The notes below the pieces were generated by a model. That model did no database searches. It was not told where the DNA came from and saw nothing but the letters and a program-made list of their open reading frames with translations. Of a DNA stretch of 64,000 nucleotides, positions 1-14,814 are shown one piece after another; within the stretch, counting starts at the first letter, position 1, and each line of letters opens with the position of its first letter. This DNA comes from Balanoglossus misakiensis (Eukaryota > Animalia > Hemichordata). A program made the translations under genes and the position numbers. The stretch lies in contig CM082592.2 of the NCBI GenBank assembly GCA_040954595.2, positions 4,170,735 to 4,234,734 of the forward strand. The letters run 5' to 3'.

Positions 1-1990
1 AGGTAACGCGTGCCAGTCCTGTTTTTTCTCTCTCGGGACAATTCCATTCTGTAACTACCCTTGTTATCGTCGTGTCGATTTAATTTCAAATTCTAAACAA
101 AAAATTGAAGTCTAGGTATACATTAAACATGAAAATCCCATGGTTTTTACAAACAAATATGTCTGTTGTGGAGTGCGGGAACCGTTACTTTCAAAAGGAA
201 AAATACTAGCTTATATCCATGCGCAGAAATATGATAGCTGCGGTCTCTTATGATGTCTGTTCGACACCAATCTGATTTGGGCACCTTAGTGTAATTCATA
301 TTTCATTAATTTATTCACATAACTTTTTTCTTCCATCGATGTGTGCCAAACATCGCCTGCGCGACGACTTTCAAGTTTCAAACTTTTGCGTGTGTCTTAA
401 TCTTTTTTTTTTCCACGAAGGCCTATTAAGGCTAGAAACTGCGATAGTCGTCATAATCTTGCGCTTACTTTGTAAGGTCGAGCACTATAATTCGCCATTT
501 TTGCCAAAGAATCGAATTGGAATGTACATTTGATTTCGAGTGGTTGAAACTAATGAAACTAAAAATATATCTCATCACGAGAAGATTGCTTCAAGCCTAT
601 AATTCAAGTCATCAATTTGCATCCAGGCTATAAGTTGCACCTGGTTCTCGTCCGTTAACATTTCCCTCATTTCCCTTATATGGATTGGATCCTACCACTA
701 AAGAGTGGGTGGGCAGACGGGGAGGATTAATATCAATTACAAATCAAACCACGGATCTATTTGCGATTAAAGTAGCTATCATTCTTTGGTCACAGAATAA
801 AAGACAATGCAAACTATGAATATAGCTTTGAGTTTTTTTTGAATGCGTGCCCAATACACATAACTTATGCAGTAATTGTGGTTAATTGTTTATGATTTGC
901 CCTGTACCATATGTATCTTTCGAAGATCAGATGTACTTTTCTTAATAAAATTCACATTTACATAGAAGGCGTGTGTGATTTGTGCTCTTCATATAACCTC
1001 AATACTACAAATGGACACCGGACCTACAAGGTGTCGATTTGTTTTCCCGTTTCTGTTTCAAATAATACCCTCAGTATTCTCCTGTTGGGAAATCGGGGGG
1101 GGGGGGGTACGCTCACGTTTTTTACTAATCAGAACGCAAATTGGCTAACGATTCAGAAAATACGAGACAGCACAATATCAGTTAATCCTATGAAAAATGG
1201 GACCCAACGCAAAATACCCATTGTCAGGCAGACAGACGAAGCAAATTCACAGAGGGGGACACACCGGCAAAATAACACCATTATTTCGACTGACAGCGAC
1301 TGCTCAATCCTAATTTAAAGCCCTTCTCTGTCCCTCATGTTAATGCAATATTTGAAGGTATACGGTCACCTGTGTAAGTTCCGCCACAGTTACCATGGTA
1401 AGTAGAAAACAGTGCATGGAAGGGGAGCTGTCAGGGCGCCCTCTATACGTATCCGCAAATATAGTTCATGACACCATGGGGCTTACCCACGAGTGGAGAT
1501 CGCGTTACGACCGCGCGCCGTCATTTGCCAACTTGGGTCAAGGTACGTAAGCGATTTCAAAATCTCACTGAATGGATTTAGGTGAAAAAGCAAAGAAATC
1601 TCACGATTTATGGCGTTCGAAACCGCAAGCGTTCAAGTTGGGGAAGGCGAAAACCAGTTTGTAGCACTGTGTGACTGAAATTTATGTTTCAGTCGCACTT
1701 CATGTTCACCTGTTGGACGGAGGAAGTAAATCACTTTAAATTCACCTGCCATTTCTGTTACGGTACCTGACGATGACGTCAGTGCTATAACCCAAAAGGT
1801 GACGTGTCCTTCACAATCTTCTTGATGATAACCCACAGAATGACTTCAAACAAAACAATAGAAAAGAAATCAAGCACCTTTGTTAGACTTTAAAATAATT
1901 TTAGACGAGTTGACGCGCGTTTTCTTGAGAGCGTATTCATTAGAAAATCTGTTTCGATGTTAAATATGTTTTGGGACAGACAACAACAGA

Positions 1991-2204
1991 GTATTGTATT
2001 GTATTGTATTGTATTGTATTGTATTGTATTGTATTGTATTGTATTGTATTGTATTGTATTGTATTGTGTTGTGTTGTGTTGTGTTGTGTTGTGTTGTGTT
2101 GTGTTGTGTTGTGTTGTATTGTATTGTATTGTATTGTATTGTATTGTATTGTATTGTATTGTATTGTATTGTATTGTATTGTATTGTATTGTATTGTATT
2201 GTAT
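1991..2204. repeat. (GTATT)n/(GTGTT)n pentanucleotide microsatellite
   Basis: Seen directly. Confidence 0.98.
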
Positions 2205-2902
2205 CGCATCGTATTGTTACAGTTTATCAATTGTTTTTAGCAAAAGTGTATTTCCTTATATTTCCAAAAGATGTATCAATCAATATGGCAAACCTTTCAA
2301 TCTCTCTGGGTAATTTTCCACGTTTTTAAGGAAACACTTTATATAGAGATCTTGTTCTGACATCAGTAATTATGCTTGTTTTTTCCTGCCAAGGTGCACG
2401 TAAACCGCCCAGTCTGTGTTTACCAGAGAAAGCTTGTCGACATGACCTTACTTCAATTACTTGGCTCGGTGTGTGCATTGTTCTTGTGTTTACAAAACAC
2501 CGCCGCTGTTCCAAGTAAGTCAACTCGGTGCATTCCGTGACACGCACTTCCTGAATATGGCTGACTACATCATACTTGAGTGAACTGTCGGCTGTTCATG
2601 TATTTATGACGATAATGTGAGAGATTAAGAAAAAAACAGAGTTCTTATGGACACTGAAATCATACAAATGGAGCTGTACTCGGGGAATTTCACTTCTGTT
2701 TGGCATGGCTGCATTTCACTGGCAACGCAAGAATTTGCGAGTCCTTGAGTCACGCACAGTGGCGTGACTGAGCCCCACGCTAGGAATAATAACTATTTTA
2801 TTGACTATTAAGGCTTAAGCTATTGTAAAAATGGGTTAATAGGTATTGGTTAAGAACAGCGCAGATGTAACGTTCGTGTACTCTTTATGTTTTATCTGGA
2901 AG

Positions 2903-5166
2903 CATTTACCAGGCCAACCTTGGTGATCGCCAATTACGACGCGCTGACTTACATCCCTGGGCAGACGACGAGCGATGCATCCGTTGTTATAGAGACCGAA
3001 AATACCGGGCATCCAGCGGTTGGTTATTTACCCGCCGCTGGCGGCGATGAGGTGAACTTCAACTTGCACTGGTTCATCTCTACAAACGACACGCTGGAAA
3101 CATCGTCCGACTTGGTCATTGACGCCGAGGACTTCGCGCCGCGGCCGCAGTCGGGCAACTTGAGTTCGGGAGTACCCGGTGGGAGTCGGCTTCGCATTGA
3201 GGCAACCGTGAGCCTGGCTGTGCCGTCCATGGACACGTGCTCACAGAATGCCTACATGTGCGCACGGTTGGCACTTTCATCGAGGGCGCTTCTTGTAGGA
3301 GCAAAGTACGAAGAAGCTGACTGGGATTATGCATGTATTCCGTTTGGGTCTGTCGACAACACAACGGCTGGCGAACTGGTCTGCCCGGCGGGTAAATATA
3401 CTCTCTGGTACTTTAGTTGTAATAGACCGTAGACCTTATAAATCTTGTTGACGTGTGTGTTGTTTAACAACCACTGCTTGGAATCTTTCCGAGTATAAAT
3501 AACTGATAGTCTTCAGTGCATTTTAAATCACATTTAAATTGTACAGCCTCTTCAACTGTGGTGAGTCTGACGGGCATTTGTGATATGGAGAATGTTTTTC
3601 TCTCGGAAACAGACTAACCGTAGCTCCATTGAATTCTAATAACATTTACACATATTGGCGATGAAAATATTCACCAACATTTTCAATTAGTTACTTTGGC
3701 TAGTTAAATGACAGAATGAACAGGCATATCTGAATCTCAATGATTAATTTGACATATTTACGATCGCCAGTGAAAAGTATTGACAGTTTTAAGGGCCTAG
3801 ACAGAATTATTGGGGGCGCGGTATATTTCAAAACCTAGATCCAAAAAAATCTACATGCGCGGGTAATGTGCGCAAAATAAAAATCCATGTTCGGTCTATA
3901 ATGTACACTTACATGTAACTTTTTTTGGTTTTATTATTTTATTGCACAGTAAAAATGTCTTATTTTGTGACTAGTCTATTCTATTGAAGAAAATCATTTA
4001 TGCAGGTTCTTAGTGGGGAAGGAATGATAAAGTTGTTGCTAATTTTGTGGAATTTTTGGCATTTGTTTACAGTTATTGACACACCCGTGTTATCCGTGAC
4101 GTTTACAAACGATGACGTGTACCTACCGGGAATAGAAACAGTTCTGTCGGTCGGTCTGACCATCAAGAACATCGATTCAGAACATGCGTTGCGATCTGCC
4201 ACTGCGCCTGCGCTCAACTTCGAAGACACCTGGTGGTTTTCCAAAGATGGCGTCGTTGATGGCGCCGACGATGACCGCGATGACTCGGCAATGCTTGAGC
4301 CAACAGGTGCCGAGACACTGGCGAGCGGCGTCCCGGCCCCCGGGGAAGTTAACGTCGTCGGACTTGTCACCGTTGCCATGCCAACAGTGGGATGCGAAGA
4401 ATACCAATTCTTCTGCGTGAAACTTTCTCTAAACCCAGGAGTCGCTGCTGTTTACGGGACTGGTCGCACGGACTACGCTTGTCTTCGCTTTGATGAGGAA
4501 AACGGAGGGGCCGGTGAGAAAATGTGCTCCGCGGTGACGTCACGCTTGGAGCCGTCAACTACAGGTGACCAACAAAGGAGTGAGTGTTCAGTGACGTCAC
4601 GCTTGGAGCCGTCAACCTTACATTCATTTACTACTTATGTAATGACTCGGATTACCAACGATATGATTTTTAAAATATGTTTGGGTTTGTGAAACAATAT
4701 TTGCTGTGCATGGTCGTAATCACGCTGCAATTCCAATATAAATTCTGCCACGGTCATTTTCTCACAGAATTATCTCTGACTACTCTATTAGTGATAAGTG
4801 GCGACGCGGACAGCACGCTTACATTCTGTATCAGTCATTTTCGTGGGTTTTTTTTGTTCTTTTATGACAACAATTGAAAAACGGAGTGCCAGAGAAATGA
4901 CAAATACACAATATATTTATATATGATATTTACATTGGCAATATGGAGCACGAAAAATAGCTAGTCGAGTCTTGATATCATCGGATTTCTGGTTGTTGTT
5001 TTATTAAAGAAAAGTATGCGTTAACATTTCAATTTTGGGGTGGAGTACATTAACTCGTTTTACTTTCTCTTCATTTGCAGGTTCTGGCGCTCTAGCTACC
5101 AAAGACGTGGTCCTTCTCTGCATTTGCATATTGGTCTCATCTGCTATCACTGCGCATGAGTGGTAG
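2903..5166 (+). CDS. 5'-partial gene 1: probable GPI-anchored cell-surface protein with two tandem Cys-containing CARDB-like beta-sandwich modules; exons 2903-3391, 4073-4564, 5081-5166
   Basis: Two ~163-codon phase 1-1 exons (aag|CA...G|gtaaat; acag|TT...ACAG|gtgacc) are similar to each other (NF..W[FW].S.[ND], L.SGVP, C-x6-C, DYAC..F, AGE..C). The last exon (ttgcag|GT) encodes GSGALATKDVVLLCICILVSSAITAHEW*, a small-residue spacer plus terminal hydrophobic stretch. The signal-peptide exon probably lies upstream, since the window opens on AG|gtaac. Confidence 0.8.
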
Positions 5167-8100
5167 TTTATACACCGAGTTATCCCATGGGTTTATTAGT
5201 AACAGCGTCACCATATATGTTAATTCAATGTCCAAGATGCATGAACAGCCTTCCTGACAACAATTCAGTTTCAGATGTAAAACTATACAGTCTCATGTTC
5301 AACTATACCGATTTTCTGGCTGCACTTTGTTGTCTGAATGTTACACTATATGTTCCCATGTGTTTTACTCGTGTTTCGGAGGCTTAACATAATAATTTCT
5401 ATGGAGGGCCTGAGATTGCACGGACATAGTACTCAGAAAAGATCGTCACAATCTCGTTTTCCCCGTACGGTAGTGGTCCACTCAAAATTAATAATATTGT
5501 CTTTCCGGATTTCTATACATATTGTATATCAATGAATTTTAAGTTACTTCTTCATATAAACATATTGATTTTTTTTTTATATGAAAGCGAATCTTAGTAT
5601 TTTGTACCTTGTTTGAAAACATATACACATATTGCCTATTTTAACTTCTAAAAATGCTGTGTTTGTGGTATTTATTTCGAATGTCTACGGTTTCACATAA
5701 TATGTACTATAATCAATCAGCAGCAGACACATCCTACGCCCGCGCGGGTAGTCAGATCGAATGGACCCGTGCGGGAACACCTGCCCTGTCATCGCGCATC
5801 TTCAAAATCCCACATTCCAAGATGGCGGACCAATTATCACAGCGCGTGTTACGCCATCTTGGAATGTGGGAGCAGTGATAACGAATTACGTGATTAGCTA
5901 CTGACCTGCCTTATACAACTGTGTGGTGGCATTTGTAATTCCACGATCAAACGTGTGGTGGACTGCAGAGGTTTGTTTCCGGAGAGCATCGGGCGACCTC
6001 GGCAAGCGAAGATGCACATCATAATGCTCTTTCAGTCTTGTTAATCTCTTTCGTCCAGGGTTTTCCGTAATAAACAGCGCCCTCACCAAAGAGGCTGCTT
6101 CATGACTTTCCTTTTTTTTCTCCCGCAAAGTCATAGCAATGAAAATGCAGAGACTCGGCCCGAACGTATCTCCCGTGCGCCCATGTTCGAAAAGTTTAAT
6201 ATTACACATTCGATCTTATTAATTTTGACTCCATTAACACTCTTGTTAATTTTTCGTCAATTCCTCCCTAGACTATGCGCGCCGACGTAAAATAAACATT
6301 AAATTTTCCGCAACCTAATCTTGTAAATATTATAACTATTTAGACACGAAAGCTGTGTAGATAGCGACCTGTTGATTCGTAGATTGATACCCACACTCTT
6401 GCCGCACTTTTCTTTGTAATGACAAAAGACTACGCCATTTCAACCATTTATGGGCATATGTAAATTTGAGGGACCGTAAATACAAATGAAAACCCGTGAC
6501 AGGCTTGATCTTTGGGAGCCGTGGCTGTAAGTTCTTTGATTATACAATACTTCGAACGGCAGCGCTGGTATTACGTCCTAAGAGTTGCCCTAGCTGCCTC
6601 AAGGGAGTTTGATAAAAAGACATTGATGGGGCAAAGAAGCCAAAGTGACCACACTATATGGTAGGGACAGCGGGGATTGGACCACATGGTATCTGGTGTG
6701 ACCGTCCACCACCTATGATAAGGTGAGGGGCGTCGTGAATATCTCTTGGTCGCTTTGCTGCACACCTCATCAGGATTCCATGACCTTCCCGACACCGAGA
6801 GATCTTTAGGCCGTCCTTAGAAATCTACAATGCGTAAATCAACCGCTGCGGCTACTCACAAGAACGCTCACTCAATTCACGCACCCGTCACCGGTCACCG
6901 ATCTAAGTATGATAATAATGGCGACGTCTCTGTCTCATCTCCGCTGGGAATTCGCTGCCCCGACCCCGTCACTGAGCAAATCGGCAAAGGTCCGTACGTC
7001 GTGAGATCCAACGGGGTCAAGAGACCGTAAACAGCGCGAACGAATCGCACTTCACGCCGCCCATTCTTCCGCGGACAACAGCAGTTCAGAGATGATTTTC
7101 CCCTGACTGTTTCCCAAATACGTGACAATATCAATCTCAATGACCACTCCCAGCTATCTACGCATGCCTGGGTACATTGAACAAAAATACGTGTCGTACT
7201 TTTCATACAAACTGCGTGTGACGACAGTCTTGTTCTGGTGACCACACACGCACGAACACATAGACAGGGACGGTAACAGAGCTGCGGTGTTTAAAAAAAA
7301 AAGCCTGCTGCCCTTGGATCGCGCGTGGAAGGACGAGTACGTCATATGTCCAAGCTGAATCTGCACTGAGAGACCAGTATACATCAGGTAAGCGTTACGT
7401 CAGGGCAACAGAAGAAAAAAAACCCGTAAATTATCCCAGACATTTACGACGTCAAGCGAGTATAGGCAAAACTTTTAAAAATTCACCCGAATAACCTTTT
7501 CGCTCGGAGCTAGTATACAACACAAAAGTTTCACACCGATCAGAATCCTCCTATACTGCGATCAAACTCGAATTCGCCTGTCGTTTGGTTCATTGTTTCA
7601 GCAGCGCGACTTACTTGTTCGGACATATCGTGCTGTACCAACCACATCACTTTGAGTCCATGTACTGCGTTATTCGGCATATCCGGCGGTATCATTCCCA
7701 AAGCCATAGAAACGTACAGGCTATTTCTGTACGCCAACACCCCTTTGAGCTACAGCTAATCAATCCTAAACGCCAGATCATTCCCTGGGGACAAAGCTAT
7801 ACGCCGGTCACAGATAGGAAGGGCCCTACTATAGTAGAGACGGAGTCCGCTATCTGTTGACCATTTTGGGTTTCACGCTATATGTTTTGGTGTTCTGCCG
7901 GTTGAAATATCTTGAACTGTCTGCCGTCATTCTTCTCGAAGCCAACGCGTGTAACAGATCTTTAAATGTCAAAATATATGACACAGGCAGTACATAGGCT
8001 ATGTCGCTGTAACGTAAGTACATGTACTCGCATGTTAGATGTATATTGGAATAGGGTGGGAGTAGAGTTCCACGCGACAACGATTCATCGTGTTCCCGGG

Positions 8101-9037
8101 AATATATATAGCACTTCTCCGGTGAACAAAATTACCCGAAATGTGTCCTATTGACGATTTTATACCACTGGCGTGCACTGCAGTACCGCACAACATACGC
8201 AGGCCATACTAGTTCCGCACGGGCGATATTTTGTCCCGTCCTGCCTGAGGCTGAAGTCGGGAGAAGGGGGGGGGGGGAGTAAAGACGGGTGTTGTCGAGT
8301 CTGGTCGTTTTCTTGTGTATAACAAGTCAAAATTCATATTAAATGACAGCGTTTGCGCTGAGACAAGACACACGACTTGGTATTTTTAGCTCACTATTTC
8401 TGTTGGCAATGATTTAATACGCTGATTGCGATCACATGGTGGTCACCCGAAGAACTTCTTCAGTCCAGCCAGGCCCTTGCCCCAGGACGGTTTAAATGAT
8501 ATATGAGTGGTGGGGTCTATGCCTATTATGCACAATATCGACAATGCTTTTTTTATGTGGCGGAAAGATAAACTGTTTGTCGCTTTTTGGTTTGTGTAGA
8601 CAGCGTTCATTGCCCGACGCTTTGATTCGGGGGGACCCGTGTAAACACTGCACCTATTTGTGACAAATCGGGCAAGTATTTGTCAGTCAGTTTACACTTC
8701 CAAGGAAGTGGTGACCCGCATTTGGATGAAGTTTGTTTATCAAGTGCGCCGGTGGGTGTTGAACCTATCTGTCCAACTAAACTTCATATATGACTGATTT
8801 CATGGCATCGCACTGTCGTCGTTTAAATTTGTGGGAGAAATGACATCTGACTTAAATTCAAACCGTGAAAAAATGTTGACCAGCGTTTTAATAGCATCAG
8901 TAAGATAACATTGTAGTTTATGGCAAGAGCGTAACTAAGCTTAAGATTCCAGGTAAAGTGTAACCGTTCGTGTGTTTTGTGTTTCATCAAATCAATTTTA
9001 CCAAAGATTAATATGCTAACTACAAAGACAGAAATTA

Positions 9038-9192
9038 TTGACCAAAAGAAGTCATGATGAAATACAGTCAACATATCATTTCTTCTGTCTCTTACTACAG
9101 AGAGTTGTCGACCTTTTACCCATAATGCAATTATTATAATATGATATGACCCCCTAGCACGAAGTAACAACCTATTTAAGCCTGCCAGAATT
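9038..9192 (+). repeat. interspersed repeat, second copy at 24462-24612
   Basis: Shared gaccaaaa.gaagtcatga, gtcgac.ttttacc, ttattataat.tgat.tgaccccctagcac and gccagaatt. Confidence 0.7.
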
Positions 9193-11168
9193 CTAAACAT
9201 GCCACTAAGTAAAGCCGCATTGCATTAGAAACCTTCTTGACTGGATGTATAATTTACGCCACATTGTACTCAGTCATGATTCTCCTATCCATAAATAAAA
9301 CCGCCGATCCTGTTAGTGGATTTCTAACTTTCAATGGTTCTATTATTAGACCAGGAATGATTTATCCCAGGAACGCAAGGAAGCTACCCCCAAATGATTA
9401 TGCGTGTTTTCTCTAGATGTCGCTCACAAGACACAAACAAATAAAATAATAAATCAGTGTGTCCCTCCCCTCGAGTCTTTGACTCGCACTGTAGCATATG
9501 TATTCGTAAATTCTTGGTCACATATGCAAATTTAGCAACAGTTACCATGACAAATGTTCTTAACCATGCATAGTCTTCGCTTTTCAGAGGCATATTTCCA
9601 CGATGTTTGCAGATATGCAAATAATAAACGACATGGTGAATACCATAATTCATGATATCAAGATAGTTTTATGTTACGACATACACGAATATATGCCTTT
9701 ACGCTGGAAGACTGTACACTTTTGTTCATAAAATGGAAGAACATAAACTTAGCTTGAATTTGTTCTTGCATAAGTTGAACAGTTGATAGTGTGGCTACTT
9801 CTGCACGGCAGTCGCAGTTCACCATATTAAACCTGGTGTATAAAATGGTGGAAGTACATTTATGACATTACAATTTCTCGGAGCGACACAGTTGGGAGAA
9901 GGTGGTAATTCTTGAGTTAGAAGTGAAATACTCGTGATATACATGTACAAGAAATTTTGGAAAATGGCGAAATATTTGACGTTATGTTAAAGACAGACGA
10001 GAGAAGTTATCATGATTCTTAGCTAGAGGGTATTTTTGCTGGAAATCTGCAATTCAACATTTTCGCCCCCGAGACGCAGACGCCGCTATAAAATATGACC
10101 TTTAAGCTAGCATTTCATCCCCCGGGCCTCGAAAAGTAGCAGAGATTGGATCGGGGCGTCGTCACACCTAGGTTGAGGTTGTCTAATAGAGTGACCTTCT
10201 GGTCGTCCTTTCACAACTTCTAACGAAAGCCCAATATTCAATACAAGAAAGTTTTTGGGAGACCTTGCGTGTCGCTGACAAACAAGCGCGACATCGGGGC
10301 GTTGTGAGCAGGTTACCAAGACAACTGGGCGTCGGTAATTGAACGAGGTTAATGAAGCATAATACGCCAGATGCGACAGACAACAAGAATCCCGTTGTTG
10401 GAGACGTTAAGAAATCTTGTATATAGTACGCGAGAGTGTAAAACTTCTTTACTATCGCACGCACCAACAGTTCGGCCCTTTAATTACGTGAGCCCACTAT
10501 CTGTAAGTGTAATATATGACTTTACACCTGTCTGGTTTTGCGGCATCTCCGTCAACTGATCGATCACAGTCAAAGCTCCTACGGGTGGAGTATCATAGGT
10601 GTAATGGCCAGGCCCTGGTTACATCGCCGCCAAAACGCAGCTCCACGACACAATCGAACGTGGCTGTTTGCTGTGATTGATACATCAGGACGCCCTTGAC
10701 CCCTGGCATAGGCTCTGTAAATTAAACTTTTCGTTGTCAATGAATATAACCCCCCAATTTGTATACAAAGCTCGATTCTCCGTGTTTCTCTTGGGTTTTA
10801 AATCCGACATGCCGAAACACATCATGTGAATAGTTTTTCTTCTTTCACCCGAACAGAGGCAACCATGAACTTCTACATGAAAACATAAACATCCCATGCA
10901 TTACGTTACATGTCGATTTTTTCAAACTTTGGTCGAGGAAACTTTAGATTATTCAGTTTTTTTATTACGACAAAATCGGGGGTCGCCCTGCCAAATTATG
11001 AACGAGTGAGCAAAATTTAATTGGTATTTTTTTTTCACGAAAACAAAAGTGAACACCATGTTTTCAAAAAGTTTCCTCATACGCTTCAATAAAGCAAAGA
11101 TTTGAAAGTTTTGTAGTACATGTACTGTCATTTTCTGAAGATCTGGCCCGAGGAGGGTACTATCTTAA

Positions 11169-11394
11169 AGCCCCAACTGGATAAAAAAAAATTATGATAA
11201 TCTCGGATATGCTATTAATTCCGCCTATCAAATGATATTACCTGATAGTATATCAAGATAACACTTATTTCCAACAATATCACACGGGCTTTACGCATAC
11301 TGACCGCGTTCTGTTAGCTAAATGCCATATGTTTTTTTCTTCATGCTCCAGAAACTGTTAGACACACAAATCATAGTCTAGTGTTATTGGGGCC
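11169..11394. mobile_element. TTAA-flanked MITE-like element
   Basis: ttaa|AGCCCCAA...TTGGGGCC|ttaa, short imperfect TIR. Confidence 0.45.
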
Positions 11395-12280
11395 TTAAAC
11401 AAATCGCCGCGAAACACAGACATTTTCCATCATCCAAAGAATTCATAAAAATTAAAAATCGTGCATGTACTATTGTAAGCATGAGGTTCATTCCAGCAAA
11501 AAGTCAAGAATGAAAGCGATTGTATGCAACAATAATGAAATCAATACCGAATGATTTTAGTAAGTGCCTATACCCAACCCATTTCAATTTTACTACCTGG
11601 TGAGTTTGATCATCTACTGTAGTGTGCAGAACTTAATAATAGGTGTCGCCTAAAAAAGCAATAATTCACGCCCAGTTAATTATTTGATTTAAGCCTCCGT
11701 GTTTTGTGATCTGTGTCGGAGGGAGAAATGAAAAAAAGGGCTGGGCAGGGCACACTCACTCTCAAAGAAGCGTGTTTTTATGTGTTTCTATACAGGAATA
11801 AAACTTCCCCTCTCCCTTGATCCGAGTGGTTTGAAGACAGAGACCTCACCCTTTGCTGTCGTCAGCGTGAAACTCCTCTCTCTCTCTCTCGGGCTTGAGT
11901 GTTTAATGTCTGCAGACTCTGTTGTGTTCACCGCTCTCTGGAATGTGCCGTAACACGCCATCTTGCCGCGGGGCATCCGTACCGGGACACGGCACAACAA
12001 TTGACAGAACCAGCCACCGTGGATTTCGATGTAAATGTGTGTCGTCTTGTGGTGCAAATCAAATTTTTCAACGACACTTTGACCCGCGGCTGCAGTGGCC
12101 ATTGACTAAAGGCGGTTTTTTTATGTGACTGTATTTTTGGCTTTCTATAGGCCTGTAGATATCAACATATTTTTCCAGCATATCCTAAGGTAAAAAATCA
12201 TGTATGTATAAAGAAACGGCTAAATTCCCTGCAGCGACGTATATTAAGATTTGAATTTCTACACCAACGCAGTTTTAGCG

Positions 12281-12347
<67 letters not shown>
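12281..12347. repeat. (ATC)n microsatellite
   Basis: Seen directly. Confidence 0.98.
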
Positions 12348-13597
12348 CATGACAAATATTCGCGATTAGCGCCCATGGTCGTACTGATAACTTAACGTGG
12401 CAAGGAAGACTATCATTGATTTCTTTTATCTAAAACAAATTTATGCTTCAGTTGATTTCTCTGCATTCCAGCGGATAAATTGTATAATGCGAGTTTCCCA
12501 AAGATGATTTAATTCCTCGCAGGCTGACACGAGAAAGTACCGCGTTGCCTGAACCCGCTTGTTAGGCGTGCAAAACGTCATGCAAGTCGTTTACTTTCGA
12601 ACTGTACAATTGGCCTAACGTACCTCAATACAATTGAGTCCGGGCCATACATTGTGCCGGTTTCCTCTACAAAATTAAAATGTTCTGGAGGGGATTTGAT
12701 AAACGGTTTATTTGCACTGAGTCTCCGCTGGGAGTGCCGTTGGTTTACTCAGTAGCCGTCGGCGGAGGAAGGGCCCCTTGTTCCCACGCACCTGGCAAAA
12801 CTGTGTTCATGCTCTTTTGGCCCTTCCTGTGTGCTTTGGTTGGGCTTGCTTAAATATTTTGTCGCTAGGATATAACTTTACGTAAGTTGTGTGTCTCTGA
12901 TCGAAGTTTTTGAGACCAGGTCTATCTCAGAGGCAATATCGCTGGGCATTCAAGTCTGGCCCGCAGCAACCTTGACCCGAGCGCGGAAAGTTTCAAACTT
13001 GAAAACAAAGTAATCCCTTCGTGTTGAAAATCGAAGTTCATCGTCAAATTCAAAGACACTTACTCTGATATCGTTCGGTTCATCTTTTGGGAATGCACGG
13101 TTTCTCTCTCGAAAAAGAATGGGGTTTGAATCAACTTCAGTTAAAACGAGGTTCAATCACATCTTAATCTGATATTAAATGTGAAAATCATTTAATTCAA
13201 ATAATTTGGATAAACTCAGTAACGTGTTAACTTTTATAAAGTTCGTCATTCAGGAAATTCGTGCCTGTTTCTTTTTTATTAATCGCGGAAGCCATGTTGT
13301 TGTGTATTTATTCAAATTTCGTCTCATTATTTAACCTGCGCTTTTTCTTTTACATTGAGAGATGCAACGTAAACACTCAACTTCATTTGAAAAATGTATC
13401 CTCCATATCCTAATATGCAGTGTGCTGTTTTTTCTTCTTCAAAAATACATTGTCCGGTGTTGACAGGATTTATTTTCAGCCCAAGTATTCAAGGTCATTC
13501 TGAATTGCAATTGATGCAACTTTTTATTAGAACCTCTCTACAAGGAAGGTGTCGGTTCACTTTAACGATATGGGCGTGGCAGAACGAAGAATTGCCC

Positions 13598-13912
13598 TTT
13601 ATAAGAACGGGCCAATTTTAAGTTTAATTGCATGTAACAATGTGTGGTTCCTTCAAGATGAACACAGTCGGTTCCACGTCACGCTTGGAACAGCGTCATA
13701 TATTTGCAGTTTACCAGAACGAGCCGATTTTAAGTTTTATCACAGTCACTGTATGGTTTTATTACATGTAGGCCTAACAATGTATGGGTCCTTCAAGTTG
13801 AACACAGCCGCCGTGTCACGCTTGGAACACCGAGCTCAATATACTTGTACATGTAGTTTATAACAACGAGCCAATTCTAAGTTTTATTGCGTTAGTGTCT
13901 TCAAGTTAAACA
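13598..13912 (+). repeat. degenerate tandem repeat (~110-150 bp unit, ~2.5 copies)
   Basis: aacg(g/a)gcc(a/g)att(t/c)taagttt x3; cttcaag.tgaacacag and gtcacgcttggaaca x2. Confidence 0.7.
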
Positions 13913-14582
13913 CTTCGGTAGCACACTCCAATAGCGTAGTATACCTTAGTGACACACTCGACTCCCCCATAAATAAGCAACCTTCGACCGTTATTGCAAG
14001 ATCCCTCTCCCAAAGTCGTCAACGGAGACTCCATTACACTTGTGTATGTCTATTGTACTCACACACGAAGGAGTTCTCGTTTTAATCTGCGCACAATGGC
14101 CTCTGTGAAGATCAACAAACCCAACGCTGTCTTTGTACACCCCTGACAGGATGCGTCCATTGAAAATGACAAAATGCCGCATTCATAAGAGGTTTTATAG
14201 ATCAAGACTGTTCAGTCCCCAGAAGGCGGTATTGGCCGGTGCATCTCCGCAGTGTTAATACTGGTTAGCCGCCGGGGAGCGAGGCATAACGATTTAACTG
14301 GGGACCGATTGACCATATTAGACTCACGTCACGTTAGCTTTTTTGTCTACTATTACCATTTTACACCAAGAGACATTCTTCCAAACATGCCTGACCATTT
14401 CTCGCTTAAATTGGCCAAGGAAAAGAGCACAGATTAACACCATAATACTTTTATAATGTACCGGGTTGAATCTGAAAGATACTGGTTCTGGGAACACGTT
14501 CTACATCATATGATCGATTACCACTACTTTGCATCTCTCGAAACAAATGACATTTGTTTGTCTATGTTTGTTTTGCAGGATA

Positions 14583-14726
14583 ATGGTCTTTGGACATTAT
14601 TATGGCATCCGATATATCATACTACTGTATACTATTAATTTTTTGTTTGGTTCTGTGTCTTCGTGTACCGCAGGTAATTAATATTCTTGAGAGTCAATAT
14701 GTTCTCAAGTATGTTTCCTCTTTCAT

Positions 14727-14814
<88 letters not shown>

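Noticed and set aside
1465-1542. possible 78-nt phase 1-1 exon upstream of gene 1 (CAAG|gtacgt)
   Set aside because: Weak acceptor, no recognisable peptide, and it lies beside or within a MITE fragment starting near 1356.
1940-2329. YCIVL/NTIQY repeat ORFs
   Set aside because: Translations of a pentanucleotide microsatellite.
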